Shown here piece by piece: positions 12,645 through 25,729 of a stretch of DNA of 64,000 nt (positions are counted from its first letter, which is position 1; each line of letters starts with the position of its first letter). The stretch covers positions 3,224,001 to 3,288,000 of the forward strand of contig OZ024761.1 of the NCBI GenBank assembly GCA_964016885.1, written 5' to 3'. The notes below the pieces were generated by a model. That model saw nothing but the letters and a program-made list of their open reading frames with translations. It ran no database searches and was not told where the DNA came from. A program made the translations under genes and the position numbers. Origin of the DNA: Eledone cirrhosa. Taxonomy: Eukaryota.

Positions 12645-15600
12645 GAGTCTGAACGGACGTCTTTTTGCTCGCTCCCGTAAGTTTATTTATTTACCTGTCA
12701 AAACTTATTTATTGAATTTTTTGTTGCTGTATAAGGCATACAAGTCCTTGGACTTTGCCCTGTGAAGGGGAAAGAATAATATTTGGGCCTTTTGGCCCAA
12801 ATATTTGAACTCTTTTACATTTTAACAAAATTATCGAAAAAAAAAAAAAAACATGGCTGAGCCACGCCCCCAGCGATATGTCTGCTGTCGTGCGACAACG
12901 ACGTAAAAGTTGAGAGGAGCGCTACGGCGAAATGAAAAGAAATTGATACATCAAACACCACCACAAACAATGTGAATAAAGATAGCAATGATAACAACAC
13001 TGAGAACTCTAATTTGGGAAAAAGTGACAGCAACAGCGACAACGAAAATACAGATAACAAAAGAAATGACAAATGCAACAACAATATCAACACCACTAAC
13101 ATGAAAACAAATAACGACAACACCAACAGCAACAACACCAACTGCACCGAGAACAACGGCGGCTCCAAAGACAACAATGATAACAGCGACAGTGATAACA
13201 ACAACACCAACAAGAACAACGACAACAACAACACCACCCCCCCCCCCCCCAACGACAACAAGAAGAACACTTTCGCTGCGGCAGCAGCAAAAAGAGGCCA
13301 TGCTTCAATATGGACCTCTCAAACAAAAATGAAAAATTGGCCCAGGCCTGGAAGCTCATCAAGCAAGAGCAAACCTGGGCCAACTTAACTGTCCCGTAGA
13401 AGCTATTGAGGCAGTGGAGCGCAGAACGGTGCATTATAGATGCATCTCAGCACAAACCAAAAGGGCAGCTTTAATTCCACAAGCAGATGTCGAACTCGCG
13501 CTGAGGTGCATCACAGATGACACCGAATACATAGCGAGGGGCAGACAGTACGGCACCATTTCGGTGCTGTTCAAGTCAGAAGCCCTCGCTATGAAACACG
13601 CTCTGACTCCTTGCAAAACCAGCAATGTTATAATGTACTCGTCCCACATGGGAAAAAGAACGGCCCGGCCCCTCTCCGCATTCCCAGAATCCCACCAGGA
13701 CTTGACTTGTGGTGGCTTCTGGGATGTGTGATTGTGGAGGGGACGGATACCGTCCCTATAGAAGTGACAAGAACGTCCAGAGAGGACTAGTCCGGGGTTG
13801 ACCTGGAGATACTTCTCCAGATCAGGCCCGAGAATGTGAAGACAATCTCGGACCACATCCGCCTTCAGAATGGGACGGTCATTCATATTATGACCGAGGG
13901 CAAAAGGCCACATTGTTTTGTTTGTGGGGGAAAAACACATTTGCGAGCCTTCTGCCCTCAACTGCTGAAAGATGCAAGGGGTCGAAGGGCTCCACTGCTG
14001 CCGACGCCAGCAGTGGAGCCCTTCGAACACCACAACCAACACCAGCACCGGCAAAACCACCAACAACAACAGCAATAGAAAGACCACCACCAACATTGAC
14101 CACCCAGGTGGGAAACGAGGAAAGTTGTAAAATTCTCCCTCAATAAAAACATAAACACACACACAGACACACTTACAGACACAGACCCCCTCATCTACCA
14201 TTAGTGAAGATGAGGGAAAACCCAAATCCCCCAAAATACAAAAAAAGAAAAGAAAAACTCAGCAAAGCACAAAATCACCCACAATAAAAAAAAAATGCAG
14301 ACACCACCCACGCAAACATCTCTCCAATAACGCCAACATCAACACCACCATCACCAGAATCCCACAAACGCAAACAATCTAAACAGATGCAAGAACAAAT
14401 ACACACACAAAAATCTGAAACCACAGACACCGCACTCACAACAAGCACAGACACAACCGAAACAACACCACCAATACCATCACCACCACAGCCACACAAA
14501 CAAATAAAATCACACCAACAAAACATACAAAACTTCGCGATCGTCAGGAGGGCCAACAAGGAACTGATGGCCCTCGTAGCACGAAGTGAAAATATACAAA
14601 AAGAGGGGTAAATGTTTAAATCAAGCACATTTCGCGTGCCGGAAGATTTGTTTCTGGTGCGAATGTCGCTCGATTTATACAAATAGATACGAGACAGCTT
14701 TCCTCGGGACGTGGGAACCCCGAACATAAAACCCACTTCAAGACTTTTAAAGGGGTTCCCAAAAGAAACCCCACCAACTATAGAGGTCGAACCACCCGAC
14801 CTTCACAAGAGCCCAGGTAAGTAAGCCTTTCCTCTCTCTTTTTTAACCTGCCAACATGGCCGTATTAAGAGTAGGAAGTTTAAATGTTCGAGGCCTGGGA
14901 TCGTCCTGGAAGCAGGGTCACCTGCTCAACGACCTCAGGTCTCTAGAAATGGATGTAATTGCAGTCAGCGAGACCAGGATTTCCGACACGCGCGCCCTAT
15001 CCCCCATTTTCGACGACTATCAGATCTTTGCATCTGTTAGTCGGTCGGGAATGAGAGGCGGGGTGCAGTGCTGTTTAGGAAAGGCCTGGATCTCGAGGTA
15101 AGGTCGATCTTCCGACCCGGACGGGAAGTTGGTGGTTCTGGACGTGAACAATAACGAAGGTGGTGCCTTTAGACTGATGGCTGTCTATGCCCTTACTAGG
15201 GCAGGACGGCCGGACTTCTTTAGACGCCTGGAACCATTTCTGGGTACGTCTCGCCCTTTACTGTTTGCGGGGGACTGGAACGGCATCTGAGACGCACGCT
15301 GGGAATGTGTGGGAGTATCCGATAGGAGCGGGGGTGTAAAAGCCTCAAGAACCTGATCAGCCAGTTCCAACTGTCTAACAGGTACTGACTAGATTTCCCT
15401 AATGCCCCAGTGTGGACCTGGACTAACCGCATAGGGTCATCTAGGTCGTATATAGACAGGATATTCAATAGGAAAATAGACAAAAATGGTGTAAGCTGTC
15501 CACGTTTTGAAACGGTCGCCTATTCAGATCACAAGTTTGTGATCTGTATGGTCGACCAAGATAAGACGAGTAGGTTAGGACCTGGTTACTGGAAGCTAAA

Positions 15601-16445
15601 CATGTCATTTCCGGCACGTAAGGCTTACAGGGACCAGGTCAACAATTTAGTTAAGAAAAAGTTGACAGGGGGAGTCGTCAACAATAGATGGTGGGGGACT
15701 CTCAAAAGAGAGATTAGAGTAATGTCGATAGAGTTTAGCAAAGAAGTAGCGTTAAAGAAAAATAGAAAGGAGGGGGAGTTGGTAGATAAGATAGACGAGG
15801 CTATTGGTAGTGGCATTGCAACTGACGTGCTAGCGGCGAGAATGGCATTAGACAATTTCTTCAATGCGAAACACGAAGGTTGCATTGTCAGAGCTAAGGC
15901 GCGTGCTTTGAGAAACGAGGGAACCAAAGCTGTTCGATGGGCCCGCGTGGCAGAGGCGCAGCGTGGTAATAAAACGACGATTCGGTCTTTGACGGACCGA
16001 GACGGACACGAGCTGAGCGATTCCAAGCGGATGTGTGAGGCCTTTCGCCAACATTTTGCTCGGTTGTTCGGGGGAAGTGGCGGGTCAGAGATGGTGGCGG
16101 ACTTCAGTCCCTACCTCGATGGCTTGCCGCAACTCTCGACAGCTGACGCTGGGCGCTGCGAAAGGCTAATTACTTCAGCCGAGATTCAGGACGCCCTTGT
16201 CGGCAGCATGAGGCGCAAGTCACCCGGTTTGGATGGTCTGCCCTACGAGCTTTACCTAAATATGCCAGACTTGTTCTCCAATCTCCTCGAAGCCTCTACT
16301 GCAACTGGCAGCAAAATGGGAGTATTCCCAGTTCTGTGAGCCGGGGCGTAGTGACGTTGATAAGGAAAGACGAGAACAAGAGGGACACATTAAATCATTT
16401 CAGGCCCATAACTCTGCTCAACACAGAGTTTAAGATTTTGGCCAC
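12645..16445 (+). mobile_element. Tx1/L1-clade non-LTR retrotransposon: gag-like ORF1 and APE-RT ORF2, 3'-truncated
   Basis: CCHC knuckle CFVCGGKTHLRAFC (about 13912); APE motifs GSLNVRGL, SET, GDWN, SYIDRI, SDH, GPGYWKLN; RT start SPGLDGLPYE and FRPITLLN. Confidence 0.9.
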
Positions 16446-16451
16446 ACTAAC

Positions 16452-16482
<31 letters not shown>

Positions 16483-17285
16483 AACACACACACAAACACA
16501 CACACACAAACACACACACAAACACAAACACTAACACACACACTAACAAAACACACTAACATGCACACAAACACACACACAAACACACACACAAACTAAC
16601 ACACACACAAACACACACAAACACACACACAAACACACACACTAACACACACACTAACACACACACAAACACAAACACAAACACAAACACACACACTAAC
16701 ACACACACTAACAAACACATTAACACACACACTAACACACACACAAACACACACACACAAACACACACACAAACATACACACACAAACACACACACTAAC
16801 ACACACACAAACACACACACAAACACACACACAAACACACACACTAACACACACACAAACACACACACACAAACACACACTAACACACACAGTAACACAC
16901 ACACTAACACTAACACACACACTAACACACACACTAACACACACACAAACACACACACAAACACACACACTAACACACACACTAACACACACACTAACAC
17001 ACACACTAACACACACACTAACACACACACTAACACACACACTAACACACACACTAACACACACACTAACACACACACTAACACACACACTAACACACAC
17101 ACTAACACACACACTAACACACACAGACTAACACACAGACTAACACACAGACTAACACACAAACTAACACACACACACGCACTAACACACACACATACAC
17201 TAACACACACTAACACATACACTGACACACACACACACACACACTACCACACACACACACTAACCCACACTAACACACACACTAA
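16445..17285. repeat. Compound CA-rich micro/minisatellite (ACACACACTAAC and ACACACACAAAC units)
   Basis: Direct inspection; it begins where the Tx1 RT homology ends. Confidence 0.95.
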
Positions 17286-17532
17286 TTCAAGAAAAAAAAA
17301 TGAAAATTAAAATAGATTTTGTCAAACACTGAAATCACAACCTCTTCTTTCTTTCTTCTTCTTTTTCTCTTTCTTTTTGTTGATTTTCTGATGTATTTTT
17401 TTTTTATTTAATCTTATTTTATTTTATTTTATTTTATTTTATTTTATTCCTACTCCCGTTGGATCATTCGGTCTTAGTTTAAGTAGTTTATTGATAATTG
17501 TCCCCGTGGAATGTTCCATGGAATTATATATA

Positions 17533-17616
17533 TATAGGAAAAGGTTCAGGACCCCGACGGCAGAGCTCAAGCTGTTTCGACGAGCTCTGCCGTCGGGGTC
17601 CTGAACCTTTTCCTAT
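17533..17616. repeat. Perfect inverted repeat with a 35-bp stem
   Basis: ATAGGAAAAGGTTCAGGACCCCGACGGCAGAGCTC, 13-nt loop, then the exact reverse complement. Confidence 0.95.
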
Positions 17617-17741
17617 TACCCACTACCCAAAGTATCGAGTTATGGTCCATCTGGTTCCTTACCACACTTCCTTTGTTATATATAATTACAAAATGAAATT
17701 AAATAAAAGAATTGAATTAAATTTTTAAAAAAATAGTAATA

Positions 17742-18130
17742 ATTGTTTCCACTTTTGGCACAAGGCCATCAAATACCGAGTACATTACTGGTACTTTATT
17801 CTATCGACCCCATAAGGATGAAAGGTAAAGCTAACCTCAGCGGGATTTGAACTCAGATCATAAAGGGCCGTAACTCTATGCTGCAAAGCATGGTGTCCAA
17901 CCCTCTACCGATACTGCCAATCCGCCGCTTATAATAATAATAATTGTTTCTACTTTAGGCACAAGGCCAGCAATTACCCAGTGCATTACTGGTACTTTAT
18001 TTTATCGACCCCGTAAGGATGAAAGGCAAAGTCAACCTCGGCGGGATTTGAACTCAGATCGTAAAGGGACGTAACTATGCTGGAAAGCATGGCGTCCGAC
18101 TCTCTACCGATACTGCCAATCCACCGCCCT
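17742..18130 (-). mobile_element. Two tandem SINE copies
   Basis: Reverse complements of the SINE at about 17742-17930 and 17943-18130. Confidence 0.85.
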
Positions 18131-18317
18131 GCCAATCCACAGCTTATAATAATAATAATATATTGATATTGTTGTTCCAGTTGCAGAGTTCTGACGTCAC
18201 TAATATGTTTAATACTCCTGAGAAGGTTAACTTTAGGATCTGATGAGGAGAAAAGTGTGGAGGAAACTGGCCACCAATGATAAAACATTCCTTTGTTTGA
18301 TATTATGGATGTCATTC

Positions 18318-19025
18318 TGTTGTTGTTGTTGTGGTGGTGGTGGTGGTGGTGGTGGTGGTGGTGGTGGTGGTGGTGGTGGTGGTGGTGGTGGTGGTGGTGG
18401 TTGTTGTTGTTGGTTTGCTGCTTTTTAAACTGTTATGGTCTGACTTTTCCCCCCACTTTATCAATAACATGTGAGAAGAGGAAGAGAGGAAGGGAGGGGG
18501 AGAGAAGGAAGAGGGGTGGGGGAGAGGAGGAAGGGGGAGAGAGACGGGGAAATGGGGAGAGAGGAGGAAGTGAGAGGGAGGAAGGGGGAGAAGGAGGAAG
18601 GGGGAGAAAGAGAAGGGGAAAGTGAGGAGAGAGGAGAAAGGGGGATGGAAAGGAGGAAGTGAGAAGAGAGTAAGAGACGGAGGAGAGAGAGGTGAGGGAG
18701 ATAAAAAAATAATTACTGTATTAATGATGAAAATAATCGATTATCTTTTTACTCCCAGCAGCCGCCCTCTGGTGGACTTGGTGTTTCTCCTGACACTACA
18801 GTAGTGGAGGGGGAGAGGGGAGAGAGTGTGTGTCAGAGGGACAGACAGAGAGAGAGTGTGTGTGTGTAAGAGACAGAGAGAAATAGAGATAGAGAGAGAG
18901 AGAGTGTGTGTGTGTGTGTGTATGTGTGTGTGAGAGAGAGACAGAGAGAAATAGAGATAGAGAGAGAGACAGAGAGAGAGAGAGTGTGTGAGAGATAGAG
19001 AGACAGAGTGAGTGAGAGAGAGAGG
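18318..19025. repeat. (GGT)n, purine-rich and (GA)/(GT) simple repeats
   Basis: Direct inspection. Confidence 0.9.
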
Positions 19026-19212
19026 TAAAAGCCGTAAAACGGGTGGTAACTACTTTGCGTGTCATTTTCACATGTTCTAAAAGACAACCATTATAACAGA
19101 ATCTCCCTTCTGGTTAAAGTATAATCTGTTCTACTTTAACTAATATCTAGGGATAAGCTCTTTCTATTGGTTTATTATATTATTATTATTTATATATTAT
19201 TATTATTTATAA

Positions 19213-19642
19213 GGGCGGTGGATTGGCAGTATCGGTAGAGGGTCGGACGCCAATCTTTCCAGCATAGTTACGTCGCTTTACGATCTGAGTTCAAATCCCG
19301 CCGAGGTTGACTTTGCCTTTCATCCTTACGGGCTCGATAAAATAAAGTACCAGTAATGCACTGGGCAATTGCTGGCCTTGTGCCTAAAGTAGAAACAATT
19401 ATATTATTATTATTTATGTTTTAAACCATGTTTCCTACATCCGGGTATTATTATTTTATAATAATTGTTTCTACTTTTGGCACAAGGCCAGCAAATACCC
19501 AGTGCATTACTGGTACTTTATTTTATCGACCCCGTAAGGATGAAAGGCAAAGTCAACCTCGGCGGGAATTGAACTCAGATCGTAAAGGGACGTAACTATG
19601 CTGAAAAGCATGGCGTCCGACTCTACCGACTGCCATCCACCA
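19213..19642. mobile_element. Two SINE copies tail-to-tail (+ 19213-19400, - 19463-19642)
   Basis: Match to the window SINE consensus. Confidence 0.85.
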
Positions 19643-20419
19643 CCTTTTATAATAATAGTTTTCAAATCCTATTTAAATCCTCGTCAGATATTTTCCCTCC
19701 ATTTTGTTTTCATCATATTTCACCTTTCTATTATATCTTTCTACTTCGCCTCATTTTCTTCTTGTACACCCCCCCCCCGTTTAATAATGTACCCTCTCCC
19801 CCCTGAAAATAAATAAACTCCATAAAATAAACTGGGTTCCAAGGACACTCGAGATCCCAACAGCGAATATATTGAAATAGCCTCACTAGTAAATTACACT
19901 TGTCACAAGATGGCCAGTTCAATTATATCTCAAAATGATTCGATTACAAAATTGATTATTGATAATTTAAGGCTGATTGACAGATGCTACTCCTGATGAG
20001 TTTATAAGGTTAATTAGGGTTACCTTTCATGAAGATAATACAGAATTAAACCACCACCATTAAAACACGACTTCCATACCTCCCACCACCACAATTAAAA
20101 CACTCCTTCCATACCTTCCACCACCAACACCACCCCTTCCACCCTCCCACCACCACCATTAAACTACCCCTTCTATGCCTCTCTATCTATCTCTATCTCT
20201 CTCTCTCTCTAGATCTCTCTTTCATTCTTCCTCTATCTCTTTGCCACTCACTTCCTCTCACCCTCTCTCTGTCTATTTCTACATCACTCTTTCCTTCTCT
20301 ATCTCTCTCCTCCTCTCTCTCCCCTCTCCCTCTCCCCATCCCTCCCCTCTCTTCCCCATTCTCCCCTCTCCCTCCCCATCCATCCATCTCTCTTCCTTTA
20401 TGTCACGTTGCTCCATTAT

Positions 20420-20560
20420 ACTCAGCTGAAAATGAGTACCAGCAATAGCTGGGAGTTTAACCCTTAGATGGGCTGGCGTTCCTGTCCAGAATTGGGTAGT
20501 CTGGTAATCTCAGTCACTTCACGCCATAGAAACCGGGGTAAGCACCGGACTGGTCAGTCT
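20420..20560 (+). mobile_element. Fragment of a second SINE family (V-domain-like)
   Basis: AATGAGTACCAG..AACCCTTAGATGGGCTGGCGTTCCTGTCCAG..CTCAGTCACTTCACGCCATAGAAACCGGGGTAAGC resembles a V-type SINE central domain as recalled, not searched. Confidence 0.5.
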
Positions 20561-20649
20561 CTGGACTCGAGACAGGCTTTGGAACCATACATCTTACACG
20601 ACTGTTCTGTTGGACAATGTAGATATACTGAGGAAAGTACTGTCAGTCT

Positions 20650-21900
20650 GCAGTCGAGACTTCTGGTGACGCTCGGCCCTAGGGCTACCTCCCTACTTAC
20701 CACCATAGGTACAGACATGGCTACCTGTAGCAGTAGAGACTTCTGGTGTCCTAGGCCCTAGGGCTACCTCCCTACTTACCACCATAGGTACAGACCTGCT
20801 GTCCTTGGCCCTAGGGCTACCTCCCCACTTACCACCATAGGTACAGACATGGCTACCTGTAGCAGTAGAGACTTCTGGTGTCCTCGGCCCTAGGGCTACC
20901 TCCCTACTTACCACCATAGGTACAGACCTGGCTACCTGTAGCAGTAGATACTTCTGGTGTCCTCGGCCCTAGGGCTACCTCCCTACTCACCACCATAGGT
21001 ACAGACCTGGCTACCTGTAGCAGTAGAGACTTCTGGTGTCCTCGGCCCTAGGGCTACCTCCCTACTCACCACCATAGGTACAGACCTGGCTACCTGTAGC
21101 AGTAGAGACTTCTGGTGTCCTCGGCCCTAGGGCTACCTCCCTACTCACCACCATAGGTACAGACCTGGCTACCTGTAGCAGTAGAGACTTCTGGTGTCCT
21201 CGGCCCTAGGGCTACCTCCCTACTCACCACCATAGGTACAGACCTGCTGTCCTTGGCCCTAGGGCTACCTCCCCACTTACCACCATAGGTACAGACCTGG
21301 CTACCTGTAGCAGTAGAGACTTCTGGTGTCCTCGGCCCTAGGGCTACCTCCCTACTCACCACCATAGGTACAGACCTGCTGTCCTTGGCCCTAGGGCTAC
21401 CTCCCCACTTACCACCATAGGTACAGACATGGCTACCTGTAGCAGTGGAGACTTCTGGTGTCCTCGGCCCTAAGGTTACCCCCCTACTCACCACCATAGG
21501 TACAGACCTGCTGTCCTTGGCCCTAGGGCTACCTCTCTACTTACCACCAGTGGAGACTTCTGGTACAGACATGGCTACCTGTAGCAGTAGAGACTTCTGG
21601 TGTCCTCGGCCCTAGGGCTACCTCCCCACTTACCACCATAGGTACAGACCTGGCTACCTGTAGCAGTAGATACTTCTGGTGTCCTCGGCCCTAGGGCTAC
21701 CTCCCCACTTACCACCATAGGTACAGACCTGGCTACCTGTAGCAGTAGAGACTTCTGGTCTCCTCGGCCCTAGAGCTACCTCCCTATTCACCACCATAGG
21801 TACAGACCTGCTGTCCTTGGCCGTAGGGCTACCTCTCTACTTACCACCAGTGGAGACTTCTGGTGTCCTCAGCCCTAAGCCTACCTCCATACTCACCACC
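20650..21900 (+). repeat. Minisatellite of 79-bp and 53-bp units derived from CRE RLE coding sequence
   Basis: Unit starts at 20944, 21023 and 21102; the unit encodes VETSGVLGPRATSLLTTIG as in the CRE at 52836-52945. Confidence 0.9.
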
Positions 21901-22170
21901 GTAGGCGCTGAGCTGGCCAGCCGCAGGTGTGAGCCCCGCGAGATGGAATGGTTTTTCCAGCGCGTCTCCCCTGCCGTCCTCCGAGGAAACGCCTTCTCCA
22001 TTCTGTCCTACGGGGCTGTGGGGAGACAAGCCGATTATATTACGAATTCTGTTGAATAGTCTTAAATACTTCAATACTTTGAGAAGTGTTTCCTATGTAA
22101 CGGTTTTTGATCCTGTGTATAAGAACACTAAAATTATTGTTACTGTGTATTAACTTAAGCGACTCCTACT
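21845..22170 (+). mobile_element. CRE-clade retrotransposon 3' end
   Basis: VETSGVL..EPREMEWFFQRVSPAVLRGNAFSIL, the RLE C-terminus. Confidence 0.8.
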
Positions 22171-22574
22171 CAAGAAAGTTCTGTCTGGACTCGAGACTTT
22201 AGAACCATACATCTTATAAGACTGCTATGTTGGACAATGTAGATATACTGAGGAAAGTACCGCAGTCATACGACTTTGTTGAGACACTAAAACATTAATC
22301 AATTATATTTACTGTGAATATTATTAATAATTGTTTCTAATTTTGGAATGGTATGGTAAGGTCCCGTAACTCCTGATAGTCATAGGGTGATAGTCATCCT
22401 GATAGTCATAGGGTGATAGTCATCCTGATAGTCAGTATTGACATACGGTGTTTCTTGGACATTTTAATCCTGGCGGAGCCCTTCCCTCTCCAGGCCTCAG
22501 TTCAGCAGATTTCTTCCAGAGAAAGATAGAAAGTGAGAGAGAGGACATGAGAAAGAGATATAGAGAGGAAGAAT

Positions 22575-22712
22575 CGACCCCAGTACTAGACTGGTACTTT
22601 TTTTATCGACCTCGAAAGGATGAAAGACAAAGTTGACCTCGGCGGGATTTGAACGTAAAATATATACCGTAACTATATGCCACAAAACATGCTGTTCGAC
22701 GCTCTACCGAGT
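22575..22712 (-). mobile_element. Diverged SINE copy
   Basis: CTGGTACTTT..TATCGAC..GATGAAAG..GACCTCGGCGGGATTTGAAC. Confidence 0.7.
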
Positions 22713-22832
22713 CTTACATTAAACCTTATATTTCTCCACCCACCCGCCATTTTCTTCCCCTTACTTCCGCTGTCCTATCCGTCACTTATTTCACACAATG
22801 GAGATGACTTCTAGTTTTAGCTGCGCATATCT

Positions 22833-22839
22833 TGTTGTG

Positions 22840-22870
<31 letters not shown>

Positions 22871-22874
22871 GACG

Positions 22875-22914
<40 letters not shown>

Positions 22915-23535
22915 GGTTGTTGTGGTTGTTGTGGTGGTTGTTGTTGTTGTTGTTGTGGTTGTTGTGGTTGTTGTTGTTGTGGTTGTTGTGGTGGTGGTTG
23001 TTGTGGTTGTTGTGGTGGTTGTTGTTGTTGTTGTTGTTGTTGTTGCATTGTTGTTGTTGTTGGTGTTGGTGTTGTTGTTGTTGTTGTGGTTGGTGTTGTG
23101 GTTGGTGTTGTTGTGGTGGTGGTTGTTGTTGTGGTGGTGGTAGTTGTTGTTGTGGCTGTTGTTGTTGTTGTGGCATTGTTGTTGTGGTTGGTGTTATTGT
23201 GGTGGTGGTTGTTGTTGTGGTGGTGGTAGTTGTTGTTGTGGTTGTTGTTGTGATTGTTGTGGTTGTTGTTGTTGTTGTTGTTGTTGTTGTGGCATTGTTG
23301 TTGTGGTTGGTGTTGTGGTTGGTGTTGTTGTGGTGGTGGTTGTTGTTGTTGTTGCATTGTTGTTGTGGTTGTTGTTGTTGTTGTTGTTGCTGTTGTTGTT
23401 GTGGCATTGTTGTTGGTGTTGTTGTTGTTGTTGTGGCATTGTTGTTGTGTTGTTGTTGTTGTTGCTGTGGCATTGTTGTTGTGGTTGGTGTTGTTGTTGT
23501 GGCATTGTTGTGACATTGTTGTTGTTGTTGCTGTG

Positions 23536-23566
<31 letters not shown>

Positions 23567-23640
23567 GGCATTTTTGTTGTTGTTATGTTGTTGTTGTTGT
23601 TATGTTGTTGTTGTGTTATTGTTGTACGTGTTGTTGTTAT
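22833..23640. repeat. Long (GTT)n/(GTG)n trinucleotide array with GTGGCATT interruptions
   Basis: Direct inspection. Confidence 0.95.
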
Positions 23641-24218
23641 CTATTATTTATCCATCTCAACTATTCCATTCCTATTCTGTGCTGTACAATTAAAATCCAA
23701 GACTTCTGTCAAGCTGCGACTTGGACTAATCAATATGTCCTGGCGTATAAAGAGGGGGAGGGGGGAGGGAGGGGAGAAGATTCTGCTTACAAATGTATTT
23801 GGCATTAAAGTAGATTTGATGACTTACGAAGTGGAAAAGGAAAAAAAGAAAACAGAAAAAAAGTTTGATTCATATTCACGTAGTAATAGTAACAACCGCA
23901 GCAGCAACAGCAGCGCAACCTGCAGTCGCAGCAGTAACCTCTGCTTTTAACATTTGTAATATCTTTTAGTTGTACCATATATATATATATATATATATAT
24001 GGTATATTGTTATTTTTTCATTCGCACCGTTTCCTTTCGCTATATGTCTCTCCACCACTCCCCTACACACCTTTTGAACTCTGTTCCCATACACTTCTCA
24101 CCTGAGGAAGGGCTTATGCCCGAAACGTCGTCCCCCACCTACCCCCCACTCTCCTGAGCGTGAAATTAATAAACATTTATTGTACTGCCTCTCTGTTTTG
24201 TCCCTGTTCAAATTTTCC

Positions 24219-24281
<63 letters not shown>

Positions 24282-24599
24282 AATAAATGGTATCGGCTTT
24301 AATAAACCGAAACCGTAGTGATTTCCAGAGTTTGACTGAAGAGATGGGACTGTCCGTCTTTCCATTTTTTCCCAGTCTTTGTCCCAGTCTTTGTCCTATT
24401 TTGAATATATATTCATATACTTCGTTTTTGAATTTATTTTGAAAATGTGTGTTGAAACAGATATTGTTATACTTTGGGAGGGTCATGTTGCCAATAAGAA
24501 CTCAGCCACTTGTTGGTTTTCGCTTCAATTTATTATAAATTTTCGGTTGGTCGGTTCAATAACCGGATTTATGATTTTGTGTCGAAAAATAACAAATCA

Positions 24600-24640
24600 G
24601 TCACTGAAGAGGTCACAGAATGTGACGAAAGTGCTTTGAC
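24600..24640 (+). ncRNA. Minimal type-I hammerhead ribozyme motif in a PLE pseudo-LTR remnant
   Basis: GTCA-CTGAAGA-G-GTCACA gaa TGTGAC-GAAA-GTGC-TT-TGAC. Confidence 0.75.
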
Positions 24641-24996
24641 AAAATATACCCCCCCCCCCCCCCCCAAAAAAAAAATATACCAATATATATATATATATAT
24701 ATATATATAAGAATTGAAACAGAAAGAGAAGCTTCACCGTAATATCTTTGACTATATCATATAGTCTAATAATTGTTTCTACTTTAGGCACAAGGCCAGC
24801 AATTACCCAGTGCATTACTGGTACTTTATTTTCACATATAGTCTAATAATGGGGCTTATAAACCCACTGAAAGGAAAATCAAGAGAGCTGATATCCATCT
24901 TTTTCCGTTCAGTGGGTTTATACTCCCCATTATTAGACTGTAGTATTTAGTCAAATGTATTCTAAGCTTCGCTCGCTCCATTTCAAACGTTTCATT

Positions 24997-25033
<37 letters not shown>

Positions 25034-25419
25034 ATGTGTGTGTGTGTGTGTGTGAGTGTGTGTGTGTGTGTGTGTGCGTGTGTGTGTGGGTGTGTGTGTG
25101 AATATATATATATAGATAGATAGATATTAAAGGGAAGCACAAACAAGGAATAGTCCCCTCTTCAGTTGTCTGCTGGAGATCACCGACATTTCAACGCATT
25201 AAAGACAACATGTCCATCTCCAGTGCCTCTATAACTTTTGAAAGTTATTGAAGATAGACATATTGCAGACTGAAGAGGGGACTGTCCCCTGACTGTCAAG
25301 TAACCACACAGCCCCTTGTTTCTTCTAAATTTTTATTAACTTTTTGCTGTGACATGTTCTTTCTCTCCATTTCCCTTGTTATAATTAACTCCTTCCTTTT
25401 CTTTCTCTCCCTTCCCCTA

Positions 25420-25451
<32 letters not shown>

Positions 25452-25729
25452 TCTCTCTCTCTCTCTCTCTCCTAGACACCATTCTAGCTGTTTCAGTCAT
25501 CGAAATTCTAAATTCTTATCTTCCTATAAGCCGATTATCATTGTTCAAGGTACCCGGGGGTTCCTCTGTCACCCCCCGATACACCCCCCCCCCTCCTCTA
25601 TAGGGAATGTTCCTTGTTGTAGTACTTTTATTTATTAATATCTCTCCACTTTAGTCTCGTTATGGATATTTCCACTCTACAAATGTTGTCAACTGTTGTA
25701 AGATAGACTTCACTGTAAAACTAAGAAGG

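Noticed and set aside
16395-17240. VC-rich ORFs (also YI- and HT-rich ORFs at 39, 47-49, 51, 54, 57 and 61 kb)
   Set aside because: Translations of dinucleotide-based microsatellites
22791-23950. Long polyQ/T/N and polyV/L/C ORFs
   Set aside because: Stop-free frames of a (GTT)n array with no flanking domain or splice support
24350-24395. HHR around the CTGAAGA-GATGG..CCGTC hairpin just upstream
   Set aside because: No GAAA after the hairpin and no stem I
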